Under the pieces are notes generated by a model, which saw nothing but the letters and a program-made list of their open reading frames with translations, ran no database searches and was not told the origin of the DNA. Shown here piece by piece: positions 49,712 to 60,681 of a stretch of 64,000 nt of DNA (its first letter is position 1; each line of letters begins with the position of its first letter). This DNA is from an uncultured Marinobacter sp. (lineage in GTDB: Bacteria; Pseudomonadota; Gammaproteobacteria; Pseudomonadales; Oleiphilaceae). The DNA is taken from the NCBI GenBank assembly GCA_964632565.1, contig CAZWEP010000003.1:3845-67844 (forward strand), read 5' to 3'. The translations under genes were made by a program, and so were the position numbers.

Positions 49712-50977
49712 ATGAGTCAGTTACAGTATTTGGTTAAGTCCGAGTCCGATGAGGCCCGGGCCAATGCGGCGGCCGACGTCAACGACAAAGTGACGGCGCT
49801 GTTCCCGGACCAGGACGATGAGGCGGTTGGTACAGCACTGGACCTGTTTAACCAGATGTCCCGCCAGATCACTGACTCCTATCGCACACTCGAATCCAGG
49901 GTGAATCAATTATCCGGCGAACTGACGGCCGAGTCCGAGCAGCGACAGGCAGAACTGGAGCAGAAGGAGCAGTTGGCTGATCGTCTCTCCACACTGCTGC
50001 ACGCGCTGCCTGCCGGTGTCGTGGTGCTCGACAGTCTTGGCGTAGTGACCCAGACCAATCCCGCGGCGATTTCACTGCTTGGCGAACCTTTGGACGGAGA
50101 ACGATGGGTTGACGTGATCCGTCGGTGCTTTGCCCCTCGCCGCGATGATGGCCATGAGGTATCCCTGAAAGACGGACGCCGGGTCAGTATCGAAATCCGA
50201 ACCATGGAAAATCAACCCGGTCAGTTGATTCTGCTTACGGACCTGACCGAAACCCGACAGCTTCAGAGCCAGCTTGCCCACGCTCAGCGCTTGTCGGCTA
50301 TGGGGAAGATGGTCGCGTCTCTGGCACATCAGATTCGCACGCCACTGTCAGCCGCCATTCTTTACGGTGGCCACCTCAGTCAAAAAGATCTGGACGATGA
50401 GATGCGCCAACGGTGCACATCACGGCTGATGTCCCGGTTGACGCATCTCGAGCAGCAGGTCAGAGATATGCTCATCTTTGCCCGCGGTGAGACACGGCTG
50501 GCAGAGGAGCTTTCGACAGAGAGTCTGTCTCAGGCACTCAAAGCAGCGGTTGAAGGACTGCGCCAGCCTGCGGGCGTTTTGGTAGATCTTGTCAACAAGG
50601 GCGGCGACCATCCATTGCTCTGTAATCGCGATGCTCTGGTCGGTGCCTGTACCAATCTGGTGAACAACAGCATTGAGGCCGGCGCAAAGAAAATCTCGGT
50701 GACGCTGGCGGAGCAGGATTCCGAATGGGTGATTCAGGTCGCTGACGACGGTCCCGGATTTTCTGCGGAGCAGACGGCTCAAATGCTCGAAGCATTCTAC
50801 ACCACCAAATCTCATGGTACCGGGCTGGGCCTTGCCGTTGTGCAGGCCGTTGTAAAAGCGCATCAGGGCCGTTTTGATATTCAATCTCCTGGCGATAGTG
50901 GTGCAACAGCCACTATTACGCTGCCATTGCTGCGAGCATCTGCCTCGCCGCGAATGCAGACCAAGAATAAGAAGTGA
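49712..50977 (+). CDS. fleS: Sensor histidine kinase FleS/FlrB
   Basis: PAS (LPAGVVVLD, FAPRRDDGHEVSLKDGR), LAHQIRTPLSAA, DDGPG, TTKSHGTGLGL. Confidence 0.93.
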   Translation: MSQLQYLVKSESDEARANAAADVNDKVTALFPDQDDEAVGTALDLFNQMSRQITDSYRTLESRVNQLSGELTAESEQRQAELEQKEQLADRLSTLLHALPAGVVVLDSLGVVTQTNPAAISLLGEPLDGERWVDVIRRCFAPRRDDGHEVSLKDGRRVSIEIRTMENQPGQLILLTDLTETRQLQSQLAHAQRLSAMGKMVASLAHQIRTPLSAAILYGGHLSQKDLDDEMRQRCTSRLMSRLTHLEQQVRDMLIFARGETRLAEELSTESLSQALKAAVEGLRQPAGVLVDLVNKGGDHPLLCNRDALVGACTNLVNNSIEAGAKKISVTLAEQDSEWVIQVADDGPGFSAEQTAQMLEAFYTTKSHGTGLGLAVVQAVVKAHQGRFDIQSPGDSGATATITLPLLRASASPRMQTKNKK

Positions 50978-50989
50978 TCGGAGGCAAAC

Positions 50990-52444
50990 ATGGCTAAGGC
51001 TCAAATTCTGATCGTCGAGGATGATCACGATCTGCGGGAAGCGCTGGTAACAACCCTTGAGCTTGCTCGATTTCGGGTGCGTGAAGCTGAAAATGCTGAG
51101 CAGGCGCTTGCCTGCCTGGCGGATTCTCCTGTCGACATGGTTGTCAGCGACGTGAATATGCCCGGCATGTCAGGGCACGAGTTGTTGCAGGAGGTTCAGA
51201 GCCTTTACCCCGGTCTTCCGATGATGCTGATTACCGCATACGGACAGATCAGCCATGCCGTGTCTGCCATGCAGGCCGGGGCCATCGATTATCTGGTGAA
51301 ACCTTTCGAGTCTTCGGTACTGGTGGATGCCGTCACTCGTATCGTCGGTGGCAGCCGTCAAAAGGGCAGTGATCAACCGGTTGCTGAAGATCCGATCAGC
51401 AAACGCATGTTCCAGTTGGCTGCCAAAGTCGCCGCCAGTGATTCTACAGTCATGATTTCTGGTGAGAGCGGCACAGGTAAGGAAGTTCTTGCCCGCTACA
51501 TCCATCAGCAGTCGCCACGATCCGATCAGCCTTTCGTTGCCATCAATTGCGCGGCTATTCCAGAGAACATGCTGGAAGCGATTCTGTTCGGCCACGAAAA
51601 AGGCGCCTTTACCGGCGCTGTGGCATCGTCTCCGGGTAAATTCGAGCAAGCCAACGGTGGCACGATTCTGTTGGACGAAATTTCGGAAATGGACCTCGGA
51701 TTGCAGTCCAAGCTTTTGCGGGTGCTGCAAGAGCGTGAGGTTGAGCGGGTAGGTGGTCGTAAAACCATTTCACTCGATGTTCGTGTGATTGCCACCACGA
51801 ACCGGGATCTGGGCCATTATGTGAGGGAAGGCCAGTTCCGCGAAGATCTTTACTACCGCCTGACAGTATTCCCAATGCACTGGCAGCCCCTGCGTGAACG
51901 TCCCCTGGACATTCTGCCGCTTGCCAATGCGTTGCTGAAAGTGCACTGCCGTAAGATGAAACTGACCGGCATTGGATTCTCGGATGATGCGCGGCGTGCG
52001 CTGACCGGTCATCACTGGCCCGGCAATGTACGAGAGCTGGACAACGCCATTCAGCGGGCTCTCGTTCTTCATCAGGGCAATGTCATTCAGTCCGGTGATC
52101 TGTGCCTCGATCTAGGCATTACGGGACGGATGGAGCGTTCGCCGTCGTCGCCGATTGCACAGGCCGGTCCAGTGCCTGTGAATGATCTTGACCAGCCTGA
52201 TGCGTATTCGTTTCCAGCGGAGCAATCCGCTGGCACGGTGCTGCCTGAGACGGCAGTGACATCGCTGGGCGATGAGGTGCGCCAGCGGGAATTCAGAATC
52301 ATCATTGATGCGTTGCGGAAAGAGCGTGGCCGTCGAAACCGTGCTGCAGAACAACTGGGCATCAGCCCCAGAACCCTTCGCTACAAGCTTGCCCAAATGC
52401 GCGATGCAGGCATCGATCTGGATGCGGAGCTTGCAACTGCGTGA
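50990..52444 (+). CDS. fleR: Sigma54 response regulator FleR/FlrC
   Basis: REC (SDVNMPG), [32 protein letters not shown]. Confidence 0.95.
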   Translation: MAKAQILIVEDDHDLREALVTTLELARFRVREAENAEQALACLADSPVDMVVSDVNMPGMSGHELLQEVQSLYPGLPMMLITAYGQISHAVSAMQAGAIDYLVKPFESSVLVDAVTRIVGGSRQKGSDQPVAEDPISKRMFQLAAKVAASDSTVMISGESGTGKEVLARYIHQQSPRSDQPFVAINCAAIPENMLEAILFGHEKGAFTGAVASSPGKFEQANGGTILLDEISEMDLGLQSKLLRVLQEREVERVGGRKTISLDVRVIATTNRDLGHYVREGQFREDLYYRLTVFPMHWQPLRERPLDILPLANALLKVHCRKMKLTGIGFSDDARRALTGHHWPGNVRELDNAIQRALVLHQGNVIQSGDLCLDLGITGRMERSPSSPIAQAGPVPVNDLDQPDAYSFPAEQSAGTVLPETAVTSLGDEVRQREFRIIIDALRKERGRRNRAAEQLGISPRTLRYKLAQMRDAGIDLDAELATA

Positions 52445-52468
52445 CGCCCTGATGCGTCTCCTTCGATT

Positions 52469-52490
52469 GGCACCTTCGGGTGCCTTTTTT
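52469..52490 (+). terminator. fleR intrinsic terminator
   Basis: GGCACC-TTCG-GGTGCC-TTTTTT. Confidence 0.88.
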
Positions 52491-52494
52491 GTTT

Positions 52495-52588
52495 GTCAAA
52501 AGATTGTCGTGGCCACCGAAACGATGTTTGTGAAATTTCCTAATTCATTGATAAGTATTAATAAAGTGCGGTTGGCCTGCAATTTGCT
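52495..52588 (+). promoter_or_regulatory. fliE operon promoter: FleQ-like box, IHF site and sigma54 element
   Basis: GTCAAAAGATTGTC (52495-52508), minus-strand TATCAATGAATTA = WATCAAN4TTR (52541-52553), TGGCCTGCAATTTGCT (52573-52588). Confidence 0.8.
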
Positions 52589-52655
52589 GAACGGGAGTTA
52601 ATTGTTAACCGAATCGATGGGAGGCCCGCTTCAAGGGCACCCGGGAGAGAGAGTG

Positions 52656-53024
52656 ATGGTTCAACGCGCCGACATTAACAGTGTGCTGTCAGAGATCCGC
52701 AACATGCGGTCCCAGATGATGGAGAATCAGCGGGTTCAGCAGGACAACGCCATCCGCGGGCAAATCGATCGCCCGAACGGAGTCCAGGAGACCACAGAAA
52801 CTCCAAAGTTCAGCGACATGCTCAGTCAGGCCGTGGGCTCGGTTAACGAGATGCAGCAAACCTCCAGCGACCTGAAAACAGCCTACGAAATGGGCGACCC
52901 GAATGTGGATATCACTCGGGTCATGATCGCGTCCGAGAAAGCATCCATAGGCTTCGAGGCTCTGACCCAGGTGCGAAACCGGGTTGTGCAGGCCTACGAA
53001 GACATCAAGAACATGCCGATTTAA
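52656..53024 (+). CDS. fliE: Flagellar hook-basal body protein FliE
   Basis: [39 protein letters not shown]. Confidence 0.95.
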   Translation: MVQRADINSVLSEIRNMRSQMMENQRVQQDNAIRGQIDRPNGVQETTETPKFSDMLSQAVGSVNEMQQTSSDLKTAYEMGDPNVDITRVMIASEKASIGFEALTQVRNRVVQAYEDIKNMPI

Positions 53025-53039
53025 TAGCGGAGCAGAAAG

Positions 53040-54737
53040 ATGGCCAGCGTACCTGCCGAAACAACCAACGCGAATATGCCCGCTTCCCAAGGCAATGAAG
53101 GATTAGAGGGCCGGAACGATCTCCTGTTCGGCTTTAATCGTTTGAACCTGCTCAGACAGATCGGTCTGATGGTGGGTCTGGCAGCCAGTGTGGCGCTGGG
53201 TGTCTCCGTTGTGTTGTGGGCGCAGGAGCCGAATTACCAGCCAGTGGTCGGTGACATGTCCGGCTACAACCCGCAGGACGTCACCAGCATTCTCAGCAGT
53301 AACAATATCGAATATCGCATGGATCCTCGTTCTGGCGCGCTGCTTGTGCCTGCCGATCAGGTATACGATGCACGCCTCAAGCTCGCAGCCGAGGGTGTCA
53401 CAGACCAGCAGACCATGGGCTACGAGTTGCTGGATCAGGATCGGGGACTCGGTACTTCCCAGTTTATGGAGACCATCAGTTTCCGTCGCGGTCTTGAGGG
53501 CGAACTGGCACGGACCATCAGTAGCATGCGTACCGTCCGGTCTGCCCGCGTTCATCTTGCAATTCCAGAGCGCTCGGTGTTTGTCCGGGATTCGCGTGAG
53601 CCGACCGCATCAGTCTTTCTCGAGGTTTTCGCCGGCCGTCGTCTTGAAAATGAACAGATCCAGTCGATCATCAATCTGGTCGCCGGCAGCATTCCTGAAA
53701 TGAACAAAAAGAGCGTGACCGTCGTTGATCAGAGCGGCAATCTGCTCACGGGTCAGGACGACGGTGGCGAAAGCCAGCAGATTGAAGATCAGTATGAATA
53801 CACAACAAAGGTCGAGGAGCGTCTGACACGCCGTGTTGCTTCTCTGATCGGGCCAGTGGTGGGCGAAGGCCGCTTTCGGGCTGAGGTGACCGCAGATCTC
53901 GACTTCTCTTCCGTTGAGCAAGCAGAAGAGCTGTTTAATCCAGAGCAGCAGGCGGTGCGCAGCGAACGGTCAATGACCGAACAGCGCCGGGGTGGGATCG
54001 CGCAGGGTATTCCCGGTGCTCTTTCCAATCAGCCTCCTGCCGATCCGGCGGTCCCAGAGCAGGCCAATGCCGAGGGTGAGGAAGGAGCTGTCCAACAGCC
54101 GCCGATGAATGTGCGGGAAGAATCGACACGGAATTACGAAATGGACCGCACGGTCAGCTACGTTCGCCAGGAGCTTGGCCGAATCAACCGACTGAGCGTG
54201 GCCCTGGCGGTTGATGACATGAAAGTGGTCAATCCCGAGACCGGCGAAGTGACTTATGAGCCCTGGCCCGAAGAAGAGCTGCAGCGCCTGACTATGCTCG
54301 TTCGGGACGCGGTGGGTTATTCAGCGGCGCGGGGTGACAGTGTCACGGTGATGAACACTGCTTTTGCTGCGCAGGAACAGATTGAGTTTACTGAGCCAAG
54401 TTTCTGGGAACAGGCCTGGTTCTGGGACCTGATGAAGCAGGTGCTGGCAGGATTAGTGATTCTGGTGCTCATCGTGGGATTGCTTCGCCCCACACTCAAA
54501 TCCCTATCAGGGGGTGGTCGCGCTGGCCGCGAAGCGTCCGGGGACGGCTATGATGGGCTCGACAGCATTGAGGGCGGCGATGCCCTCAGAGAAGCGATGA
54601 ATACCAAGGATGATCTGCTTTTGCCCGGTGCTACGGACAGTTATGATAGACAATTGAACGCTCTGAAAGGTCTGGTCGCAGAAGATCCGGCCAGAGTATC
54701 GCAGGTGATGCGTCAATGGGTGAACGTTGATGACTGA
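53040..54737 (+). CDS. fliF: Flagellar MS-ring protein FliF
   Basis: GYELLD, GTSQF, LEGELARTI, ARVHLAIP, GIPGALSNQPP, RGDSVTV. Confidence 0.96.
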   Translation: MASVPAETTNANMPASQGNEGLEGRNDLLFGFNRLNLLRQIGLMVGLAASVALGVSVVLWAQEPNYQPVVGDMSGYNPQDVTSILSSNNIEYRMDPRSGALLVPADQVYDARLKLAAEGVTDQQTMGYELLDQDRGLGTSQFMETISFRRGLEGELARTISSMRTVRSARVHLAIPERSVFVRDSREPTASVFLEVFAGRRLENEQIQSIINLVAGSIPEMNKKSVTVVDQSGNLLTGQDDGGESQQIEDQYEYTTKVEERLTRRVASLIGPVVGEGRFRAEVTADLDFSSVEQAEELFNPEQQAVRSERSMTEQRRGGIAQGIPGALSNQPPADPAVPEQANAEGEEGAVQQPPMNVREESTRNYEMDRTVSYVRQELGRINRLSVALAVDDMKVVNPETGEVTYEPWPEEELQRLTMLVRDAVGYSAARGDSVTVMNTAFAAQEQIEFTEPSFWEQAWFWDLMKQVLAGLVILVLIVGLLRPTLKSLSGGGRAGREASGDGYDGLDSIEGGDALREAMNTKDDLLLPGATDSYDRQLNALKGLVAEDPARVSQVMRQWVNVDD

Positions 54738-55767
54738 TGAAAAGAGCCCGAACGAGGCGCCACTGAAACCGCAGCGGAAAATCCCGCGGGTTGAGCAGGC
54801 TGCGATCCTGCTGATGTCGCTTGGCGAGGCAGACGCCGCTCAGATCCTGAAACACATGGGCCCGAAAGAAGTCCAGCGTGTTGGCGTTGCCATGGCCCAG
54901 ATGAAAGACGTCAGTAAAGACGACGTGAACTTCGTGTTGAACGAATTTGTCGAGGCGGTTGGTGGCCAGACCGGTCTTGGTGTTGGTAACGACGAATACA
55001 TCCGCGCCATGCTCACTCAGGCACTGGGCGACGATAAAGCCTCCAGCCTTATCGATCGAATCCTCATTGGTGGCAACACCACAGGGCTGGACACCTTGAA
55101 ATGGATGGAGCCAAGAGCAGTAGGCGACATCATCCGGTATGAACACCCACAGATTCAGGCCATCGTAATCTCGTATCTGGACCCGGATCAGGCGGCTGAA
55201 ATCCTCACCACTCTGGATGACAAAGTGCGGCTCGACGTCATGATGCGGGTTGCATCGCTCGAGAGCATTCAGCCGCAGGCGCTTCAGGAACTCAATGACA
55301 TTCTCGAAAAGCAGTTCTCTGGTGGTTCGGCGGCGCAGACAAGTCGGATTGGCGGCGTGAAGCGGGCCGCAGACATTATGAACTTCATGGAGCGTAGTGC
55401 TGAAGGCACCCTCATGGATTCGATCAAAGATATGGATCCGGATCTCGCGTCTACCATTGAAGATTTGATGTTCGTGTTTGATAACCTCAAAGACATCGAC
55501 GATCGCGGTATCCAGGCGTTGTTGCGTGAAGTGTCGTCTGAAGTTCTTGTGGTGGCGCTCAAGGGCGCCGACAATGAGGTGCAGGATAAAATCTTCAACA
55601 ACATGTCGAAGCGTGCCGCAGAACTTCTGCAGGATGATCTGGAAGCGAAAGGACCGGTTAAGGTCAGTGAAGTTGAAGCAGCCCAGAAGGACATCATCAC
55701 CATTGCGCGTCGCATGGCAGAAGCCGGTGAGATCACCCTCGGTGGTGCAGGCGAAGAAATGATGTAA
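54730..55767 (+). CDS. fliG: Flagellar motor switch protein FliG
   Basis: AAILLMSLGE, EHPQ, MFVF, GPVKVSEVE. Confidence 0.97.
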   Translation: MTDEKSPNEAPLKPQRKIPRVEQAAILLMSLGEADAAQILKHMGPKEVQRVGVAMAQMKDVSKDDVNFVLNEFVEAVGGQTGLGVGNDEYIRAMLTQALGDDKASSLIDRILIGGNTTGLDTLKWMEPRAVGDIIRYEHPQIQAIVISYLDPDQAAEILTTLDDKVRLDVMMRVASLESIQPQALQELNDILEKQFSGGSAAQTSRIGGVKRAADIMNFMERSAEGTLMDSIKDMDPDLASTIEDLMFVFDNLKDIDDRGIQALLREVSSEVLVVALKGADNEVQDKIFNNMSKRAAELLQDDLEAKGPVKVSEVEAAQKDIITIARRMAEAGEITLGGAGEEMM

Positions 55768-56624
55768 TGAAAGATTCCCGTCGCGATCTGGATCGAATCC
55801 CAAAGGAAAAATTGACAGCCTACGAGCGCTGGGAACTCCCTTTGCTCGACGCCGCTGGCAATGAGATCGCACAGGCGGAAGAGCGCAACGTCAAACCGTT
55901 GACGGCGGCGGACATTGAAGAAATCCGCCGGGCTGCAAAAGAAGATGGGCTCGAGGAAGGACGTAAGGAAGGCCACGATGCGGGCTATCAGGCCGGGTTG
56001 GAAAAAGGCCAGCAGGAAGGTTACGCCGCGGGGCTGGAGCAGGGCCGGGAGGTTGGCGAGAAACAGGCCCTGGAAGATACCCATAAACGGGTCGACGAAG
56101 GGCTCGGGCGTCTTGATGCACTGCTCAGTGAACTGCTGGTACCGATAGAGCGCCATGAAGATGAGCTGGAAACGGCACTGGTCAATCTCACAACGGCACT
56201 GTCCCGGGCCGTTCTCTACCGTGAACTCTCTTTGGATTCCTCCCAGATTTCAGCCGTCGTAAAACGGGCACTGGCGGCGCTCCCATCGACCACTGAAAAC
56301 GTTCGCTTGCATATCCATCCAGACGACTACCAGTGGGTTGCCGAAGTGGCGGAGCGTTATGAAGCGAAAGCGTCGATTGTTGAAGATGCTGCCATCATGC
56401 GCGGAGGCTGTAAGGCCGAAACGCGTCACAGTCTGGTGGATTTCACCATCGAAAAGCGCTTTCAGAAAGCCGTGCAGGATATGCTCAGCCAGGAACTGGA
56501 CGGAGACCCGGCGAGTAACAGCGAGGAACTGGACACGCTGATGGATGACCTCACGGAATTCCATCGGGACGTCCTCGACCCGGACAAACCAGAGGGTGAC
56601 CCCGATGACGGCAAGGCTGGCTGA
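55767..56624 (+). CDS. fliH: Flagellar assembly protein FliH
   Basis: YERWELP, GxxxG repeats, LHIHPDD, RGGC. Confidence 0.93.
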   Translation: MKDSRRDLDRIPKEKLTAYERWELPLLDAAGNEIAQAEERNVKPLTAADIEEIRRAAKEDGLEEGRKEGHDAGYQAGLEKGQQEGYAAGLEQGREVGEKQALEDTHKRVDEGLGRLDALLSELLVPIERHEDELETALVNLTTALSRAVLYRELSLDSSQISAVVKRALAALPSTTENVRLHIHPDDYQWVAEVAERYEAKASIVEDAAIMRGGCKAETRHSLVDFTIEKRFQKAVQDMLSQELDGDPASNSEELDTLMDDLTEFHRDVLDPDKPEGDPDDGKAG

Positions 56625-57990
56625 GCGCCTCTCCAAACTGACTTCCTCGGTATCCTCGGAGCCGGAACCTGAACTCTCAGGGCGCCTTACCCGAATGGTC
56701 GGCCTGACGCTGGAGTGCGTGGGCTGTCCCATGGTCGTGGGTGATCGCTGCATGATCATCGGGCAGGGCACCGGTAAGGTTGAAGCGGAGGTTGTTGGCT
56801 TCGAGGATGATCGCGTATATCTGATGCCGCTGACGGCCATCGAAGGTTTGCGCCCCGGTGCCCGGGTCGTCCCCATGTCAGTGGCCAGCCGCGTGCCTGT
56901 AGGCCCAGAGCTGCTGGGGCGGGTTGTTAATGGCAACGGGGAGCCTCTGGACGGTAAGGGGCCCTTACAGACCGAAAAGCGCGTTTCCCTGACAGGTAAC
57001 ATTATCAATCCCCTGGACCGTGCGCCGGTTCGGAGTTCCATGGATGTCGGCATCCGTGCCATTAACTCACTGATGACTGTAGGCCAGGGCCAACGGCTCG
57101 GTCTCTTTGCCGGCAGCGGCGTCGGCAAAAGTGTGTTGCTGGGCATGATGACCCGCTTTACCGATGCCGATATCACCGTGGTTGGCCTGATTGGCGAACG
57201 GGGTCGCGAAGTTAAAGAATTTATCGAGGACATACTGGGCGAAGAAGGTCTCGCCCGATCCGTTGTGGTTGCCTCACCGGCTGACGATTCACCTTTGATG
57301 CGTTTGCGCGCCGCAATGCTTACTACCCGGATTGCCGAGTATTACCGAGACCAGGGAAAGCGCGTTCTTCTATTGATGGATTCACTCACCCGCTATGCGC
57401 AAGCTCAGCGGGAAATTGCGTTGGCGGTTGGTGAACCTCCAGCAACCAAGGGCTATCCGCCCTCTGTTTTTGCCAAGTTGCCACAGTTGGTCGAAAGAAC
57501 CGGTAATGGACGCCCAGGTGGTGGCTCCATCACAGCCTTTTACACCGTACTGACCGAAGGCGATGATCAGCAGGATCCGATAGCCGATGCCACCCGAGCC
57601 ATTCTTGACGGCCACATCGTCCTGTCCCGTCGACTGGCGGAAGAGGGCCACTATCCGGCGATTGATGTTGAAGCGTCGATCAGCCGGGTAATGCCACAAG
57701 TCACTGAGCAGCAGCATTTTTCACGCGCTCAGCGATTCAAGCAGGTGTACTCCCGCTATCAGCAGGCGCGAGACCTGATCAGCGTCGGTGCATACGTAAA
57801 AGGCTCTGACCCGGAAACCGACTTCGCCATCGCTCACATTGGCAACATGCGGCAGTTCCTGCAGCAGGGTCTCGATGAGCAAGCGCCATTAAAGGACAGC
57901 ATCGAACAGCTGTTAACTGTGGTGCCAGAACGCCGGTCTCCGGACCGTCCCCGAACACCACCAAACCAGCAACGCGGTGAGTCCGGCTGA
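56605..57990 (+). CDS. fliI: Flagellar export ATPase FliI
   Basis: [42 protein letters not shown]. Confidence 0.97.
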   Translation: MTARLAERLSKLTSSVSSEPEPELSGRLTRMVGLTLECVGCPMVVGDRCMIIGQGTGKVEAEVVGFEDDRVYLMPLTAIEGLRPGARVVPMSVASRVPVGPELLGRVVNGNGEPLDGKGPLQTEKRVSLTGNIINPLDRAPVRSSMDVGIRAINSLMTVGQGQRLGLFAGSGVGKSVLLGMMTRFTDADITVVGLIGERGREVKEFIEDILGEEGLARSVVVASPADDSPLMRLRAAMLTTRIAEYYRDQGKRVLLLMDSLTRYAQAQREIALAVGEPPATKGYPPSVFAKLPQLVERTGNGRPGGGSITAFYTVLTEGDDQQDPIADATRAILDGHIVLSRRLAEEGHYPAIDVEASISRVMPQVTEQQHFSRAQRFKQVYSRYQQARDLISVGAYVKGSDPETDFAIAHIGNMRQFLQQGLDEQAPLKDSIEQLLTVVPERRSPDRPRTPPNQQRGESG

Positions 57991-58430
57991 TGCTGCGCTC
58001 CCAACGACTGCAGGTAGTGCTCAAGCTTGAGGAGCAGAGGGAAAAGCAGGCTCTGGAGGTGATGGCTGAGGCCCAGCGCGCCTGTGAAAAGCAGCGTGAA
58101 CAGATACAGAATCTGGAACGCTACCAGCAGGAATATCGGGACCAGATTCGTAGCTGTCAGCAGGGCGTTGTGCCGGTTTCCCGGCTGCAGGGATGGCAGG
58201 CATTTATCGCCCAGTTGGATGCCGTCATCGTTCAGCAGCAAAGAGTGCTGAACGAAGCAGAGGCCGAGTTCGAGCGCCGGCGCGAGCAGTGGCAGCAGGT
58301 CTGGGAGCGCCGCCGGGGCATGGAAAAATACATCGAAACCTGTCGCCGGCAAGAGCAACAGGAAGCGGACGCCCGCGAACAAAAATTGTCCGATGATGCC
58401 GCAAGCCGCATGTTTCAGCGGCGCCGTTGA
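57990..58430 (+). CDS. fliJ: Flagellar export protein FliJ
   Basis: Coiled-coil ORF after fliI; RSQRL, FIAQLD, REQKLSDD. Confidence 0.92.
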   Translation: MLRSQRLQVVLKLEEQREKQALEVMAEAQRACEKQREQIQNLERYQQEYRDQIRSCQQGVVPVSRLQGWQAFIAQLDAVIVQQQRVLNEAEAEFERRREQWQQVWERRRGMEKYIETCRRQEQQEADAREQKLSDDAASRMFQRRR

Positions 58431-58573
58431 ACCCTGTACAACCCCGACACTTTTCCTTTCCAAATGCTCATTTTTGAGAGCATGCAATTTCGCGGCAGTG
58501 GACTATCCTTTACCTCATGAACATGTCCAATGTTCCCTGTTCTATGGTGCATGCATTCTACGGAGGCTATTGA

Positions 58574-58879
58574 ATGCCGATTCAAACGCATCGCAGTGAG
58601 GATGGTCATACTCTGACTATAAAGATCGAAGGGCGGTTTGATTTCAGCACTCACCAGTCGTTCAGAAATGCCTATGAGCAAGAGGATCGGCGGGTAAAGC
58701 GTTTTGTGGTCGATCTTTCAGAAACCACGTATCTCGACAGCTCGGCGCTCGGCATGTTGCTGCTTCTTCGCGACTACGCCGGCGGTGATGGCGCCAGCAT
58801 CCGGCTGGAGAACTGCAACAGCGATGTCCGCCGCATTCTGACGATTTCCAATTTTGAGCAGCTATTCGCCATACAATGA
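58574..58879 (+). CDS. hsbA: STAS anti-sigma-factor antagonist (HsbA-like)
   Basis: GRFDFS, VDLSETTYLDSSALGMLL (phosphorylatable Ser), ISNFEQLF. Confidence 0.88.
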   Translation: MPIQTHRSEDGHTLTIKIEGRFDFSTHQSFRNAYEQEDRRVKRFVVDLSETTYLDSSALGMLLLLRDYAGGDGASIRLENCNSDVRRILTISNFEQLFAIQ

Positions 58880-60681
58880 ACGTCGCTGCCGAGACGCCTG
58901 AAGGGGCCGGCAATGGCAATCAGAAGCCGGATAAACCTTGCCTGCGCCTACTGATCGCCGATGACAGCGACAGCGATCGCCTGTTACTCAAAACGCTCCT
59001 TAAACGACTCGGCCACGAAGTTCGGGCCGCCGCCAACGGCAGTGAAGCTGTTGCTATATTCGGCGAATACAGACCGGATCTGGTTCTGCTGGATGTCATG
59101 ATGCCGGTAATGGACGGCATGGAAGCGGCCCGGCGTATCAAAGCTCTGGCCGGTGAAGAGCTGATCCCTGTTATTTTCCTCACGTCTCTGTCGGATGCCG
59201 AAGCCCTGGCTCGGTGTCTGGATGCCGGAGGCGACGACTTTCTTACCAAGCCCTACAACAAGGTAATCATTCAAGCCAAAGTGCAGGCATTCAATCGCAT
59301 GCGTCTGATGCACCAGACCCTGAGCCATCAGAGAGATCTCATCCGCGAGCGAAATCGACAGTTGCTGGAAGAGCAGCAGCAGGCCAAGCGGGTTTTCGAT
59401 AATATTGCGCACACAGGCTGCCTGGACGCACCGAACATTCGTCACCACGTATCCCCGATGTCGATTTTTAACGGGGATATCCTCTTTGCCTGCCCCAGAC
59501 CGGCAGGGGGTATGCATATTCTGATCGGTGATTTCACCGGCCACGGTCTTCCTGCGGCCATCGGCGCCTTACCCATTGCCGAAATATTTTATGGCATGAC
59601 CAGTATGGGGTTCAGTGGCAGTGATGTGCTGCGTGAGATCAACGACAAGCTAGGACGTATTCTGCCGACTGGGATGTTTTGCTGTGCGGCGCTGATTCAG
59701 GCGGATTTTGACCTCAATCAACTCCGAATATGGAACGGAGGGCTGCCCGACGGCGTGTTATTCAGAAAGGGCGGAGATCGTGAAGCGCTGGTTTCACGTC
59801 ACTTACCTCTTGGCGTGCTGAGCGCTGCTCGATTCGACCCTTCAATGGAGCTATTCCACACCGACGAGGGAGATCAGTTGTTGCTGATGACCGACGGGGT
59901 GCTGGAGGCGACGGACTGCGAAGGGAATTTTTTCGGGGAAGCTCGGCTGAATCAAATCCTCGATGCAGTGACGGACAGTGACTCTCCGATGGAACAGGTT
60001 TTGGAGAGTGTTCGTCAGTTCACCGGTGAGCAGTCGGAACGGGACGATCTTACGCTGGTCTCGTTACAGATGGTGGTGGGTTCTGACTTCCATGAAACGG
60101 TCAGCCGGCTGCCGCAGAGCGCGCTGAAAGGACCTGAGGATTGGCATTGTGTCTACGAGGTCCGGGACAGAACCCTTGGTGAGTTCAGTCCGCTGCCGCT
60201 CCTGCTCCATATTTGTATGGAGGTGCCAGGGCTCCGCCGAAAAAGCGCAGACATTTATACCTTGTTGTCGGAACTGTACAATAATGCGCTAGAGCATGGG
60301 GTACTGGACCTGTCATCAGATTTAAAAACATCGTCCGAGGGCTTCAGCTATTATTACTCGGAACGAGAGCGCCGGTTGGGCAGTGTGACCGGGCATTTTA
60401 TTCGGTTCGAGCTGACACATACCCCAACGGCAGGCGGGGGCCAGCTCAGAATTGTTTGCGAAGATAGTGGAAATGGATTTGACCACAGCCAGACTCTCGA
60501 CGAGAGCGTCTCTGGCGGACCATACAGCGGACGAGGGTTGATGTTGATGCAAAAGATCGGGCATTCACTGAGTTATTCCGAACAGGGCAGTCAGGCAACG
60601 CTTGTGTATGATTGGGAGTATTCAGAGGCCGTTTCCAACGATGGAACGCCACTTAACCACCCGGGGGTTGGTCATGAATGA
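58876..60681 (+). CDS. hsbR: Response regulator / PP2C phosphatase / Ser kinase (HsbR-like)
   Basis: REC (LLDVMMP), GDFTGHGLPAA, TDG, DDLT, ELYNNALEHG, DSGNGF, SGRGL. Confidence 0.88.
   Translation: MNVAAETPEGAGNGNQKPDKPCLRLLIADDSDSDRLLLKTLLKRLGHEVRAAANGSEAVAIFGEYRPDLVLLDVMMPVMDGMEAARRIKALAGEELIPVIFLTSLSDAEALARCLDAGGDDFLTKPYNKVIIQAKVQAFNRMRLMHQTLSHQRDLIRERNRQLLEEQQQAKRVFDNIAHTGCLDAPNIRHHVSPMSIFNGDILFACPRPAGGMHILIGDFTGHGLPAAIGALPIAEIFYGMTSMGFSGSDVLREINDKLGRILPTGMFCCAALIQADFDLNQLRIWNGGLPDGVLFRKGGDREALVSRHLPLGVLSAARFDPSMELFHTDEGDQLLLMTDGVLEATDCEGNFFGEARLNQILDAVTDSDSPMEQVLESVRQFTGEQSERDDLTLVSLQMVVGSDFHETVSRLPQSALKGPEDWHCVYEVRDRTLGEFSPLPLLLHICMEVPGLRRKSADIYTLLSELYNNALEHGVLDLSSDLKTSSEGFSYYYSERERRLGSVTGHFIRFELTHTPTAGGGQLRIVCEDSGNGFDHSQTLDESVSGGPYSGRGLMLMQKIGHSLSYSEQGSQATLVYDWEYSEAVSNDGTPLNHPGVGHE

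Noticed and set aside
55930-56070. Repetitive purine-rich stretch in fliH
   Set aside because: Encodes the normal FliH GxxxG repeats
54631-57233. Long antisense ORFs over fliG/fliH/fliI (413, 290 and 327 aa)
   Set aside because: Shadow frames of well-conserved genes, expected from codon bias; no recognisable motifs
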